This document shows, piece after piece, positions 1-13,486 of a stretch of 64,000 bases of DNA. A program made the translations under genes and the position numbers. The notes under the pieces are model-generated. The model searched no databases. It was not told the origin of the DNA and worked only from the letters and a program-made list of their open reading frames with translations. The stretch comes from Rhizophagus irregularis (taxonomy: Eukaryota). Positions within the stretch are counted from its first letter, which is position 1. Each line of letters starts with the position of its first letter. Location of the stretch: positions 1,922,001 to 1,986,000 of the forward strand of contig NC_089435.1 in assembly GCF_026210795.1 (NCBI RefSeq). Reading direction: 5' to 3'.

Positions 1-822
1 TATTGTTTAATTTTCAAAATAGCCATAAAATTATTTTGATTTCATATGTATTTCTTTGTAGTTATTTTACGCTAAAGATAAAAATATGTACAATAAAAAA
101 AAAATCTTAAATCAAATTTGCTGGATAATTTAATAGTAGACCTGAAAATTTATTACTGCAACTTACATATTTATTTAGTTTATTTGTTTAAACAATACAA
201 ATAAAATTAACTATAGGGACGAAGTCCTACTGCATATGGCGGCAAAATTCTAATTACCTGTCAAAGTTTTTCTAACATTGCAAAACACTCATACCGTATT
301 ATTAACATATAAATCAACTTTACTATCATCAGCAGGAAGTATAATTACCATTGCTACTAGTGCCAACTTCCAACTCGAACACGTTAAACGAATTTTCTAT
401 ATTTGCTACAAATTTATTTTACATATTTGTTCTTTACAATTGTTTACCGTCTCCTAGTGTTTTTAGTTTTTTACCTAATTAATTTACTAATCACCATGTC
501 TCAATCGTCAAATATCCAATAGATCTCCAAATTGGATCAGCTCAGATCAGGTAACCGAACTATAAATCTGGGCCAGGCTTTTGACCTACCTTTGGGTTGG
601 GTAACTTTATAATAAGATTAACATAACATAAAATACAATGCAATTTTTACTTTATTACATTTTTGTAACAATTCATTATATTTATTTTTCATATAATTTT
701 ATAAATACTTTATTTAATCATAAAAAATATATTCCAATAAAATATCATTGCAGTAATGTTAAAGAAAATAAATAGTAAATAATAAAGAAATTTATACCCA
801 AGATTCCTTTCCTTTCTTTTAT

Positions 823-2536
823 TCAGTTACTTTTATCTATAAGTGAAAAATAAATTATTAAATAATATTATTAATAAAATAAATCATGTAAAAAAGTTAA
901 TGTATATAAGTACCTAGGTCTAATTTAGTAAAATCTATTGCTTCTATTGATTCTATAATATAAAAAAAATAATTATATACATCAAATAAAATATTTAAAG
1001 AACGCTTTTGTAAAGTAAATTAGGAAATTAATTACCTGAATATTCTCCAAATGAATTATCATCAACCTTGTTATCAGTAGCATTTTTTGGTTCTGGAAGA
1101 TTTTTAAAATTTAAAAGTCTACTCGTGTAAACTGCTTGGGGATTTGTAGTATATGAAAGAGTAGGTCCATTGTATAATAATGATGATGATGTTAACTTCT
1201 CATTAATTTTATCTGCTTCTTTAATTTGCTTTTTGATTTCATGATTTCCAGGATTTTCTCTTGAATAATATAAATCACGTAATAAACTTTTTAATTCTTC
1301 TGCTTTAGGTCGTTTTAAAGGATCAGCATCCCAACATTGTTTAATTATGTTTAGAATTAATTGAGGAATTTTATAATTTGATTTTGGCCTAAGTCCTTGA
1401 CAAATGCTAATAGCTAAGAATTTATCATAAACAATATCATGATAAGGAGGAAGCCCTGTACAGACTTCATATGCAATAATTCCATATCCATATATATCAC
1501 TTTCTTGAGTATATTCTTTTCCTCTTAAGACTTCTGGTGCTACATAGGGTAATACCCCATATAGTTCTTTACGTTCATTTTGGGATGGTTTTACATTCGC
1601 TGGTCGACATAATCCTAAATCAGTAATTAAAGCATAATTCTCTTCTTTTAATATATTACCACAATGAAAATCACGATGAATTAACCCATTTTCATGAATA
1701 TAAGCGAGGCCCTTTGCAATATCTTGTAAAATTTTTAACTTTTCATCCCATTTTGTTGAATTAAAACTATTATTTAAATGTTGTCTTAAACTACCATTTA
1801 TTACATATCCCATTACTATCATAAAATCTCTAGATTCTGGATCTTTAGTAATGCCAAAACAGTGTGTTACATAACCTATATATTTTAAAATCATTTTATG
1901 GGTTCCAATCTAAAAAAGAATCCATGTTAATAATAATTAATAGACAGTTTAACATTTATAATAGGACAATATCTTGAAATTACTATATACAAATAAGTAA
2001 CTTACTTCTCTTAAAAAATCGGCCGTAATATCTTGAGAATTATGTAAACATTTTAAAACAACTGGAAAATTCTCATATTCCCTAAACCAATATTTACTTC
2101 TTTTCCATTTATTATTCTCAGAATCCCAACTTCTTATAGATCCATCTTTCCAAATTGCTTTATAAATAGTTCCAAATCCCCCTTTTGCCAAGTATTCAAC
2201 ATTTTCAAATCTATCATATTCAATCCATTCTAAAACGTCACGACAAGCTTTAGTTTTAAGTTGTGTTTTTTGAATAAACTTGTCAACTTCATGATTTCCA
2301 CTAGTCCAATTTTTGAAATTTTGTTGAAAATTCTTAGCATTACATAACTTACACCAATCATAACCAATATTAGGCTGCTTACAATTTTTGCATTAACCAT
2401 ATTGTCTACAACGGTCTCTTAATTCGTCATTTAATATTAACTTATCAATTAACAAACTTTGTTCTTCAGTTAGGTCATAATAGTCAAAATCTTTTATTTG
2501 TTCAATTACATCATTACTGAGTATAAATTCTTCCAT
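823..2536 (-). pseudogene. TKL-like protein kinase gene, 4 predicted exons (2536-2006, 1909-1036, 952-914, 836-823), with an in-frame TAA at codon 48 (2393-2395)
   Basis: Motifs AKGGFG, VVLK, HRDFHCGN, DLG, YVAPE. The N-terminus reads MEEFILSND...RQYG*CKNCKQP...WTSGNHEVDKFIQ in one frame. GT-AG introns join ORFs 1949-2191 and 1028-1894 in frame. Confidence 0.85.
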
Positions 2537-4262
2537 ATTGGATTAATAAATGTGACTTCAATTTTATATCTAAACGGAGTAAAAAAAAATAATTTTTTTT
2601 TTTTTTTAAAAAAAAAGGCGACCTTTTTAAAACGTATTACAGTTGCACAGCAGCGATTGACAAAATTTAGGGTAATACAATGAAATCATTCAAGAAGTCA
2701 GCTGATGGTCACAGAAATCACAGATTATTAAAGTAAGAAATGTCCTTTTTCGAACAAAATACTTGTTTCACAGAAAAAAAAATCTTGTCGATCATTTTTA
2801 ACGTCGAAAAATACAGTAAAGTCAACCAATATTATTGTCAATAACAATGTGCATTAAAATTACTATAATTAAAATTGTTTGATTAAAAAATTTTTAAACC
2901 ATGTATTATCTAATTAGTTTAATTGCTTTAAATCAATATAAAACTAAAAGAAATATTTTACTGTAATTATATGAAGGAAATTCGTATTAATGAATAATAT
3001 TAATTCATCATTAAAGTAGGTAATATTTATAAAAATTACAAACTGCTTGTAAATAAAAAATAATTATTATGACAAAACAGACAAAACAATAACGAAATTA
3101 TTAAAATTTCCATCTATTTTAATAGTAACATGAAAATTTATTATTAAAACAAATTGGTATTTAATTACATACTAAATATTATCTCAAAATTCAAAAATAT
3201 AATAATTTAATAATGTCAAAAGTAGTTACGCTTAAAGATACTGTAAATTATCTTAAATCAGCAATTTTATCAGTAAAATAATTTTATTGCATTATTTAGT
3301 TTCCATTATCTATAGAAAATTATTATCACCAAAAATTATTGCTATATTAATAAATGAAATAATGAGAAAGGAAGTTATTTGAAAATATCATAACTTTGCT
3401 TACCGTAAGTGGATAATGGGAGGCGGTCAGTATTTTCAATTATGCACATATGAACAAAGTTAGCTTAATAATCAAATAAGAGTAAACTTAAATATTTACC
3501 AAATAGTAAAATTTTATTATAATTAGATTTAATATAAAATTTAAAGTACGAAAGATAAACAAAAAAAAATCAAAAAAAGGAAACTGATTGGTAAACAATT
3601 ATTGCTAAAAAAGGTGTATCTGCTGAGCACGTCCAGGTTATTTCTGCATATGCAAGATCCCTTGACTGAACCTAAAGGAAAAAAAAAATGAAAAAAAGAA
3701 TAATTTTTAATTTACACTCAACATATTTACTATCAATTAAAAGAATATATATTGGTTATAATGATAAATTTGTACTTATTTATTGAACTAACTAACTGTA
3801 CCTAAATTGCACTAGTTTATCATATAATAAATAAATAAAAAAATTCAAAAAAATGTACGATCAAGAGTTCACCCTCCAGACGGTAAAAATAAAGAATTTA
3901 CTTATTATTTGTTATGAATTTATTTTTCCTTATATATACTATTAGTTATTTTTTTCTTTTTATTTTTTATTTTATTGTTTTATCGTAATATCGGATATTA
4001 CCGATAAAATGCTGAACGGGTAATACCCGTTAAGAAAACGGACCGAAGCTCCGACGAGTCGCATATTTGTGTAAGTAACAAATATAACGTCATGTTGTGC
4101 ACCATTATATCTAGTTGGTCAATCATTACTACGTAGAAAAGGTACTACAAAATGCTGTACGTTTGTACCACATTAATTATTTTAAGCTCATTTAATGTAC
4201 TGTATTACTCAACGAACTTTCAACAAATTATCTTTTTTTTTTAAAAAAAAAAACCATCAACA

Positions 4263-6677
4263 ATGTCGTATAACGTATTGAATAAAATTACAGATACTAA
4301 TGTTTCTAAAGAGGAAGAAAATTTTTTAAAGGATCTTTTAAAATATTTTTATATTAAAATTGTTGAAACAGAAAATAATTTTATTAATTTTGAATATATT
4401 TCAAATGATTGGATAGAAAGTTACCTTAACAAGTATGATAAAAATCCTAAAAATATTCTTGAAATGATGGAATATCATAAAGAAAGTAAATTTTGGTTCA
4501 CAAGTTTAATAGGATTTTTTTATCAAATAGGTATTGGTTGTGATAAGAATAAGGAAAAAGCATTAGAATTTTATTTGATCGATATTGATAATAAAAAAAT
4601 TGAAAATGATTCTTTAATTAATATAAATTTCAATCAATTACATTTAATTATTGAAAAAAATGAAGATTCAATTAGTAATTTGATGATGATGAGAAATTAT
4701 AATATAATTATTAAAAAATATTTATTATCATTATTTTATTATAAAGATAATATTTTATTAGATATTAAATATAAACAAAATAAATTAGTTAATCTTTTAA
4801 AATTAATCGAATATGATGATTTGGAAGTACAATATAATTCAATAATTTGTTATGAAAATGGTGATAGTAATCTAATAACTAATTATAGAAAAGTTTTTAA
4901 ATTACTTTTAAGTTTATCAATGGATAATAATAATTTGGATGCACAATATAATTTAGCTATTTGTTATATGGATGGAATAGGAACTCAAAAAGATGAAAAA
5001 AAGGCATTTGACTTGTTTTTAAAAGCTGATCAAATTGAAAATGCAAGTATTTGGGATAACACTGATAACATTAAATTTTTTAAAAAGAATTTGGAATCTG
5101 CAGTAATAAATAATTCAATAGCACAAAATAATTTAGGAAATTGTTACAATTATGGTACAGGAACAAAAGAAAATAAAGCAAAAGCATTTAAATGGTATTT
5201 AAAATCAGCTATTGTAGGATATGCTGATGGACAATGTAATTTAGGATATTGCTATATGAATGGTGTAGGAACAGATAAGAATGAATTAAAAGCATTTGAA
5301 TGGTATTTAAAATCAGCTGAAAATGGTTGTACAATGGGTCAAAATAATGTGGGAAATTGTTACAGACATGGTAAAGGAATAAATAAAGATAAAACAAAAG
5401 CATTTGAATGGTATTTAAAATCAGCTATTGCAGTATGTATTACAGGACAATGTAATCTAGGATATTGCTATATGAATGGTATAGGAACAGATAAGAATGA
5501 ATTAAAAGCATTTGAATGGTATTTAAAATCAGCCGAAAATGGGCATATGATAGGTCAAAATAATGTGGGATATTGTTATCATTATGGTATAGGGGTAAAT
5601 AAAGACGAAAGAATAGCATTTGAGTGGTACAAAGAATCAGCTATTGCAGGTTATGCTAATGGACAATGTAACTTAGGATATTGCTATAAAAACGGTATAG
5701 GAACAGATAAGAATGAAATAAAAGCATTTGAATGGTATTTAAAATTAGCTGAAAATGGGCATATGATAGGTCAAAATAATGTGGGATATTGTTATCATTA
5801 TGGTATAGGGGTAAATAAAGATGAAACAATGGCATTTGAGTGGTACAAAAAATCAGCTATTGCAGGAGATGCCAATGGACAATGTAACTTAGGATATTGC
5901 TATATGAATGGTATAGGAACAGTTAAGAATGAATTAAAAGCATTTGAATGGTATTTAAAATCAGCTGAAAATGGATGTGCAATGGGTCAAAATAATGTGG
6001 GAAATTATTACAGACATGGTAAAGGAATAAATAAAGATAAAACAATGGCATTTGAGTGGTACAAAAAATCAGCTATTGCAGGAAATGCTAATGGACAATG
6101 TAACTTAGGATATTGCTATATGAATGGTATAGGAACAGATAAGAATGAATTAAAAGCATTTGAATGGTATTTAAAATCAGCTGAAAATGGATGTACAATG
6201 GGTCAAAATAATATGGGATATTGTTATCATTATGGTAAAGGAGTAAATAAAGATGAAACAGAAGCATTTGAATGGTATACAATGTCAGCTATTAAAGGAT
6301 GTACTAGTGGACAATATAATCTAGGATATTGCTATATGAATGGTATAGGAACATATAAGAATGAAATAAAAGCATTTAAATGGTATTTAAAATCAGCTGA
6401 AAATGGGCATATGATAGGTCAAAATAATGTGGGAAATTGTTATCATTATGGTATAGGGGTAAATAAAGATGAAACAAAAGCATTTGAATGGTATTTAAAA
6501 TCAGCTGAAAATGAGAATGCAGCATCACAATATTATATAGGAAAATGCTATCATGATGGTATTGGTATTGATATTGATATTGCTAAAGCAATTTATTGGT
6601 ATGAAAAAGCTTTTGTTAATGGAATTCAAGAAGCAAAAGATAACTTAAACAAAATTGTAATGATATATATGAAATGA
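4263..6677 (+). CDS. Sel1-like repeat (SLR) protein, ~15 repeats, single exon
   Basis: 804-aa ORF with 36-aa repeats GQ(C/N)N(L/V)GYCY..G.G..K...KAFEWYLKSA, alternating in two types. Confidence 0.93.
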   Translation: MSYNVLNKITDTNVSKEEENFLKDLLKYFYIKIVETENNFINFEYISNDWIESYLNKYDKNPKNILEMMEYHKESKFWFTSLIGFFYQIGIGCDKNKEKALEFYLIDIDNKKIENDSLININFNQLHLIIEKNEDSISNLMMMRNYNIIIKKYLLSLFYYKDNILLDIKYKQNKLVNLLKLIEYDDLEVQYNSIICYENGDSNLITNYRKVFKLLLSLSMDNNNLDAQYNLAICYMDGIGTQKDEKKAFDLFLKADQIENASIWDNTDNIKFFKKNLESAVINNSIAQNNLGNCYNYGTGTKENKAKAFKWYLKSAIVGYADGQCNLGYCYMNGVGTDKNELKAFEWYLKSAENGCTMGQNNVGNCYRHGKGINKDKTKAFEWYLKSAIAVCITGQCNLGYCYMNGIGTDKNELKAFEWYLKSAENGHMIGQNNVGYCYHYGIGVNKDERIAFEWYKESAIAGYANGQCNLGYCYKNGIGTDKNEIKAFEWYLKLAENGHMIGQNNVGYCYHYGIGVNKDETMAFEWYKKSAIAGDANGQCNLGYCYMNGIGTVKNELKAFEWYLKSAENGCAMGQNNVGNYYRHGKGINKDKTMAFEWYKKSAIAGNANGQCNLGYCYMNGIGTDKNELKAFEWYLKSAENGCTMGQNNMGYCYHYGKGVNKDETEAFEWYTMSAIKGCTSGQYNLGYCYMNGIGTYKNEIKAFKWYLKSAENGHMIGQNNVGNCYHYGIGVNKDETKAFEWYLKSAENENAASQYYIGKCYHDGIGIDIDIAKAIYWYEKAFVNGIQEAKDNLNKIVMIYMK

Positions 6678-7745
6678 TATATATATGAAAAGATATGAAT
6701 GAATTATTCTAACTATATCCATTATCTCTATATTAAATATATATAGGTAAAGAAATCTTACCACCAAGAAAATTTATTCAAAGTTTAATAAGAGCGATAT
6801 ATTTATTAAGATTCTTTATTAATTACATAAATATCTGTATCAAAATATGTCATTATAATTCTAAGTTATTAAATTACATTATTTCGGTTTAATACGAACT
6901 ATTTTTGATTAATTGCAAGTAAAATATATTTTTGTGATTACTTTTATTCTAAGCATCCTGATCATATTTTTTTAGGAAAATGTTGAATGTGGTAACTTTA
7001 TTAACATAGAACATTTTTTTTATTTTGAGGAATGGATTTCCTTACATTTTGCTGTAAGTATATTTGTGACAGATACTTTAGGCTTAGACGATGTAGCATT
7101 ACGTTTCATTATTGATATATTAAGAATTTTTTTATTATATAAATAAATGTACCTATAGTAAATTGAATATATTTTATTAATTTATTTAATATTGGTAATT
7201 GTGAAGTATTATTTCTCAGTTCAGTGATACTTTTTTTCAAAAAAAAAATTGCCATGCTGCTAAATTATTTCAAGTATTGAATACTATGAACGAATTACAT
7301 TATACTAAAATAAATTTGTTAATTTACGATTAATAATCATAGACAAATTTCATTTATTTTTAGTATGTAAAACAATTATCTAATCAAAGTGATATTGAAA
7401 ATTCAGTTAGGGCCAGACATTTATTACGTAATATTTTAGGAATGGGTATTTGAAGTTCTTATAATATACAAGTGTAACGTAAGATTATACTGTATATATT
7501 ACGTGGGCGACCAAAAAAATTTACTATTGGCTATACGCATTTTTTCAGGCCGGAATTATGATAATTTCGGCCAGTTTCGCGACCGAGATTACCTATTAAA
7601 GAAAAGATCAACATGATTATTTTGTTATTTCGTTTGCATTAATTTAAATCATAAGTATATAGTAAGTATTATTATTCAAAGTATTAATGCTTTGTAAACA
7701 ACCTAATAATTATAAATACTTTATTGAATTATGTTCATGTTATTA

Positions 7746-9365
7746 TTATAAATAAAATTCTTTTATAAAATGATCAATATTAATACATAAATCGGAATAA
7801 TATAAAACTTGAATACCATATAATTCAAATTCCTTCACTTTATCTTTTAGAGAAAACAAATCTTCACCTTTTCCTAAAATAGCTAAATATTCGACTCTTT
7901 TCTTTTTAATAATATATTCCTCTATATAAGGGAGAAAATCTTCAATTTTTTCTTTCTTTTTACTTCTAATTACCAATTTCTTAATAAAAGTATTTTGAGA
8001 ATTTTTTAAGAATACTTTTAAATCACTTCCATTGATGATCGCAAGACTTAAATTCAAACTTTCCAATTTAAAAGGTAGAATTTGTCCTAAATTTTGTAAT
8101 ATAGTTGAACTAAAATGGTTATTATAATCAAAACCATAACAATCAATTAAAAGATAATTAAGATTCTTTTTAATATTTTCAATTAAATTGAACATTAAAT
8201 TAATAATCTGATCATTTAACCCAACATATAAGTATAAAAATTTAATGTTGCTACAATATTTTATAGCTAATTCAAATAATTGAAGCAATTGTTGTGATCT
8301 ATATATATTAATTCCAAAATTTTCTAAAGAATCACCAGATTTTTTCATTAACAATTCTAAAGATTCAATTTGTAATATTTCATCCAAAAATAAGGATTTT
8401 AATTTAAATGGCTTAGTAATACTAACAATTTGTTGAACAAACTTAGAATCTAGAGAATAACAATAGATAAAATGAATTGATTCTAAAACATTCAATTGAT
8501 TGAATACTTCATTTAAAACAATTATATTATAAAAATCAATATAATAAAATGTAATTGTATTTAAAGTATTTGAACAATTAGAATTTTTTAAAGAAAATAA
8601 TGAATGGTATAAGGGGAAATAATTAAAACCAATTAAAATCTTTTTAAGATTTTCTTGAGAATTAATGAATTGTGATAAACCTTTTTCAATTGTTGGATAA
8701 TCATCAGGAAATAGAAAATAAAGTGATGAAATTGAATTACAATTAGAATAAATAAATGTTAAAAATTTTGTCATATTATCAGCTATTTCTTCAAATTCAA
8801 GTGTTAAATTTTTGATATTACAAATGAAATTTGGATTTTGTAAAATTAATTCAAGAGTATCAGAATATTCATGTTCTTGATAATATTCTATTGAAATTTC
8901 CAAACTGCACAAATTTACTTCATTTTCAATAAATAATAATATTAGTGACCTATTAATTAATTTTATAAAGTCTGACATTTGAAAGGTATCTTTAATAAAG
9001 TTGGAAGGTTGATTTTTAATCCACTTTTTAACAGAAGAACTAATGTTTTGTATATTTAAACGTTTAATAAAACTAGGATAATTAAATAATGTATGTGAAT
9101 GAAATAAATTATTAAGAGTTACATATTCATCTAATATTGCTTTATTATTATCATTCAAATTATATAAATATATTTCAATAAATTTATAATTTTTAGAACA
9201 TTTAATTGAAAATGGATCTTCCCATAATAATGGAATTGTTAAACGACACCATAATCTATTAACCAATATACATGAATATAATGTTTTATAATCATGATGA
9301 GAATATTGTATAATTTCATTTAATAACTCAGGCAAATCTCCTAAAAATATCTTTGAACATGCCAT
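7746..9365 (-). CDS. F-box-like/LRR (RNI-like) protein
   Basis: Probable start MACSKIF at 9365. F-box-like motif LPELLNEIIQY...LYSCILVNRLWCRLTIPLLWEDPF followed by Leu-rich repeats. Close paralog of 19278. Confidence 0.88.
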   Translation of the reverse strand: MACSKIFLGDLPELLNEIIQYSHHDYKTLYSCILVNRLWCRLTIPLLWEDPFSIKCSKNYKFIEIYLYNLNDNNKAILDEYVTLNNLFHSHTLFNYPSFIKRLNIQNISSSVKKWIKNQPSNFIKDTFQMSDFIKLINRSLILLFIENEVNLCSLEISIEYYQEHEYSDTLELILQNPNFICNIKNLTLEFEEIADNMTKFLTFIYSNCNSISSLYFLFPDDYPTIEKGLSQFINSQENLKKILIGFNYFPLYHSLFSLKNSNCSNTLNTITFYYIDFYNIIVLNEVFNQLNVLESIHFIYCYSLDSKFVQQIVSITKPFKLKSLFLDEILQIESLELLMKKSGDSLENFGINIYRSQQLLQLFELAIKYCSNIKFLYLYVGLNDQIINLMFNLIENIKKNLNYLLIDCYGFDYNNHFSSTILQNLGQILPFKLESLNLSLAIINGSDLKVFLKNSQNTFIKKLVIRSKKKEKIEDFLPYIEEYIIKKKRVEYLAILGKGEDLFSLKDKVKEFELYGIQVLYYSDLCINIDHFIKEFYL

Positions 9366-10559
9366 ATCTGATATGTTAAGCGAAAAAGAAAAGAAGAGGT
9401 TTCCGAAATTCGTCAAATATGGTAAATATTATATATATGGAGCGGCAACTCCGTTTTGTCACACAAATATTTACACAAGTAAAACAATGGGTTTCAATGT
9501 TCTGATTGGTTCCCCTTATTTGCGAAGTACAACATCACATGATAAGCTGATTGACAAAATTGTCAGCAGGTTGTGATCATCAATTAATTTTACGTCTCGT
9601 CGTCTCGATATTATTAAAAAAATTTGTGTTAATGAATTTATTTAGTTCAGTAGTGATTACTAATATAAAAATTATTTTTCTTAGTAAGAATTTTTTTATA
9701 ACAAATGAACAACAATTTTTTTTAATAAAAATAGATTAGTTTTTAAGTTTTTATTGAATTTTTAATTTTTCCAATCTTTTTTTAAAACCAGATTATTTTT
9801 AATTTTTTTATTGAATTTTTTATTCTTCCGGTCTTTTTGAAATCAAATTTTTTTTTTATTAATTTTTTCTCTTTTCCGGTTTATAAAAAATTTTTTTTTG
9901 TTTTTAAAAATTTAAATTATATTTATCTGATTTTTGAAAACCTGAATTCTGATTTTTTTTTTTTTGAGGGTCGGATCGTAATTATTTTTTTTTTTGTTAT
10001 TTTTAAATTTTTTCTAACCTTTTTTTCTTTTATCTTTCACCTTTTAGGTTTGGATCACCTTTTTTCCGATTTTTTTTAATAATTTTTTTTTTTTTGCTAA
10101 GATTTTTTTGGTTGTTTTGTTCTTTTGCTGATGATGTAATCAAATGAATATCTTTTTTTTATTTGAATAAATATATTTAATGATTTTTAGTTAAAATAAT
10201 ATGATTTAAATAATTAGGGTTTATAATTAGCAAAGTATTCATTTAAAAAAAAAGTTTTTTTGATATGATATCTGTAATTTGAATAGTATCATCTTAGTTT
10301 TAGCGGACCTTTTAATATAATTAATTAATTATTGTTATATAGTGTCAATACGTTACTACTACTTTGTATACCAATTCCGTAATGTTAATAGTATTTATTG
10401 TTGTTAACAGTTCTCAAATGAATCATCCATTATTTTTTTTTTATTTTTTTTTTAACGAAGTCAATTATTTCTTTGAAGTTAACTAATCTTTAATTTTCAT
10501 CCAAAAGTTACATGTTATGATTTAAAAACAAAAAATAATAATAATAAATTTGTAAATAT

Positions 10560-11640
10560 TAATATAATATTTTATTTCTTTATTTAATAATGAAATTAAC
10601 TAATTACAAATAAATAAAAATTCAATTAAGTTTATAGATTATAAAAACTTTTTTCTTAAAACTATTATTAATAAAAATTTTTTTGGAGCTTCACCTATAT
10701 AAGAATTTTCTGGGATTCTACCTGGTCTTGATGACAATAACTTGGTGATAATTAAATAATTGAAAATGATCTATAAATAGAATAAAAAGAAAGGTTATCC
10801 TATGATCACTCAGATAAATGAGTTATTGAATTACTAGGCTGATATCAGAACGCTCATCCACGCTTACTCAGGCATATATACCAGATTTCATCTAGACTCA
10901 CAAAGAATCCCGACAAATAAATATATTTGGAAAACCTTAGACATATATATACGTGAGCAGACCCATGTACTAAATCGTAAAAAAGCCTTCATTGCAATTA
11001 AAGCTCAATTGAACACAATAACTCACCTAATATCAGGGGATAATAAATAAATTTCTGTTGATATTGTTGAATAATGTGGAGGATTCCAATCACCTACAAG
11101 AATAATTAGTAAATTACATTATGAAAATGCTAAATCAGCTAGGAAGATGTTTTTATAAAGGTCCGAAACTACTCCTATTTATAAGAAATTTACTTTATAT
11201 TTAATACTTGATATTTTATTACTTATGATGGGTCGTAATTATTAATATTTATATAAGATGAATAATTACAAATACTAATTTCCATCACATTCTTCTTAAT
11301 TCCATCATATTATATATATATATATATATTTCCTTTTAATAAAATAACTTATAATGAGTCATCTAATTTTCCATTATATTCTTTTTTTCAATAAAATAAC
11401 TTATAATGAGTCATAATTATTAATATTTACAATAAGATGAATAATTACAAGCCCTGATTGCTAATTTTCCAATATTCTTTACTTAATTATTAATTATTAA
11501 AATAATTACCGTACTAATAATGTCTAACTTTACAGAATATTATTTATCATTTTACATTTGGAGTTATAGTGACCAATTTTTAATATGAAATGATTTGTAA
11601 TGAGTTAAAATATAATATAATTATTATCACATTTTCTAAT
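10560..11640 (+). repeat. ~1.1-kb dispersed repeat, copy 1 (inverted copy at ~43050-44425); contains a decayed reading frame at 10685-11050
   Basis: 10780-11069 is nearly the exact reverse complement of 43937-44240. Flanking blocks also match, e.g. 11150-11190 vs 43505-43548 and 11560-11610 vs 43083-43127. Confidence 0.85.
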
Positions 11641-13149
11641 TAATACTTGATTATATTTACTGTGTAGATTTATTCTTCATGCCTGTAAATATATAATCCT
11701 AAAATTTTAGCACAGTTGGATTTATATTTATGGAAATCACCTACTTTAAAAATACAGCTAACATCTGACGTGACGCAAATAGGCACAACATATATATATG
11801 AATATTATCTTATTTTTACAATTAAAATGGCATAAGATATCGTGGCATCCTCGTATTTGTAGCATTAGTTTGTGAGAAGATAACTTTTTTGTTTAGTAAA
11901 ATAAATTTTGATTCAATTACTGTATGAGTACGAGACTTTAAACATGGAGAATATAAGACCAATTTTATTATTTTGTCATAAAGAATTTATAATTGAAATC
12001 AAAATCTTTAAAAAAAGTTGTAAATGGCTAAGCATATTTATATACTAGTTATAAAATGTTTAAATTTAAGTAAAATTTATGTGTTCAACCGTTTTCTAAA
12101 TTTACGTAAAAATTATTATAATCTTACTCTTTAATACTAGAATTTATCATCTGAGCGTAGCGTCCATACTGTATTTTTCGTATCAGGAAATAAAAAAAAA
12201 AATAATTGTCTTAGTTGCACAATAATTACAATAATTTAATATACAGCAAATCACGTTGCCACCTTGATCATACTTCATTTAATAATATTGAATTTTTCCA
12301 TTTTTTCATTTTTAGAAATTCGAAAATGTTGTTTTCCACTTTTTCATAAAATTAATTATTAAACATTTTCAACGATTGACCTTTAATCCCATTTCTTATT
12401 TTAATAATTCCCCCAAATCTCCAAAAATTGATCTTCGATTCTATTTCTTATTTTAACATAGTTCTCACATCTAAATCTAAAATAAATACGAACACAAGAA
12501 TAGTTTTACATCGTTACGGATGTAACCTTTGACATGATTTGATAGTTTGACGACTTTAACGTCATTCCGGACCGCAGTAGATAAAAATACTTTGATATTT
12601 GTGATTTTGGTCATGTTCAAAGTCAAATGACGGTTATGTAAAGCGTTAATTCGTTGGAAGAGAGGGTTGATATATATACCGGTTTAGATTATTTAATTAT
12701 TATAAAATTAAATTTAAGCTATTAATTTATCATGTGATATGCCGTCGCACTAAGTGTGACACATGATTTTAAATGATTTCCATATATGTAACCGGAATAT
12801 TTTTATTTTTTTTTAGTGTTCAAATGGATGTTGTGGAGCATTTTTATTGGTTGATGGATTTTCCACTCCAGTGACCCGTCCATATGAGAACCAATTTTTT
12901 TTTGTGTCGCCTTATTATTCCTATTTGGAACTAGAATTCTCTGTCATGGCTAAGACAACTTGATGTTTATATAAAACAAGACTGAGGTTTTTATACTATA
13001 GTTTAAGATATGCTTTTCCAAAAATGGCACTTCTGTTTATTTTAAATTATTTATTTGAAATTTCCTTATATATATGTACAACCACGCACAAAAAAATACT
13101 TAAAATTTTGATATTTTGATTCACAATGAAAATGTCGAAAGTTGATCAT

Positions 13150-13410
13150 TGCCCAATTAACTTTTCATAATAAGAAAATTTTTTTTCATGCAAGAGACGT
13201 ACTGTATACAACCATACATATTTAATTTGTGTTTCAAATAAAAATCTCAATTAACTTTTCATAATAAAAAAAAAGATTTTTTTTTATGCAGGAGGCGAAA
13301 TTTTACGTACAAATGAATATTTGGACATGTGTTTCAATAAAAAAAAAATTCTTTTTTTATGTACGTACAACCATGCATATTTACACGTGTTTCAAATGAA
13401 AAAAAAAACT
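13150..13410. repeat. Degenerate ~90-bp tandem repeat upstream of the TRP-like gene
   Basis: caattaacttttcataataa occurs at ~13155 and ~13248. The motif tacaa...atattt....gtgtttcaa recurs three times. Confidence 0.55.
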
Positions 13411-13486
13411 ATATAATCGCAAATGGACGATATAAAAAAAATAATTTCTTTAGTAATAAATTTATATATTTATAAGCGATTACCAA

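Noticed and set aside
5209..6282. Short minus-strand ORFs inside the Sel1 gene (likewise 59991-60857 alternate frames)
   Set aside because: Shadows generated by the repeat periodicity of the real gene.
9640..10130. T-rich tract and 80-aa Phe-rich ORF 9837-10079
   Set aside because: Low-complexity sequence with no credible protein or defined termini.
10940..11050. Resemblance of RKKAFIAIKAQLNTITHLISG (and GRGIPLW in the 43.6-43.9-kb segment) to mitovirus RdRp N-termini
   Set aside because: Only a loose pattern match. No RdRp catalytic motifs are visible, so it cannot be supported without a profile search.
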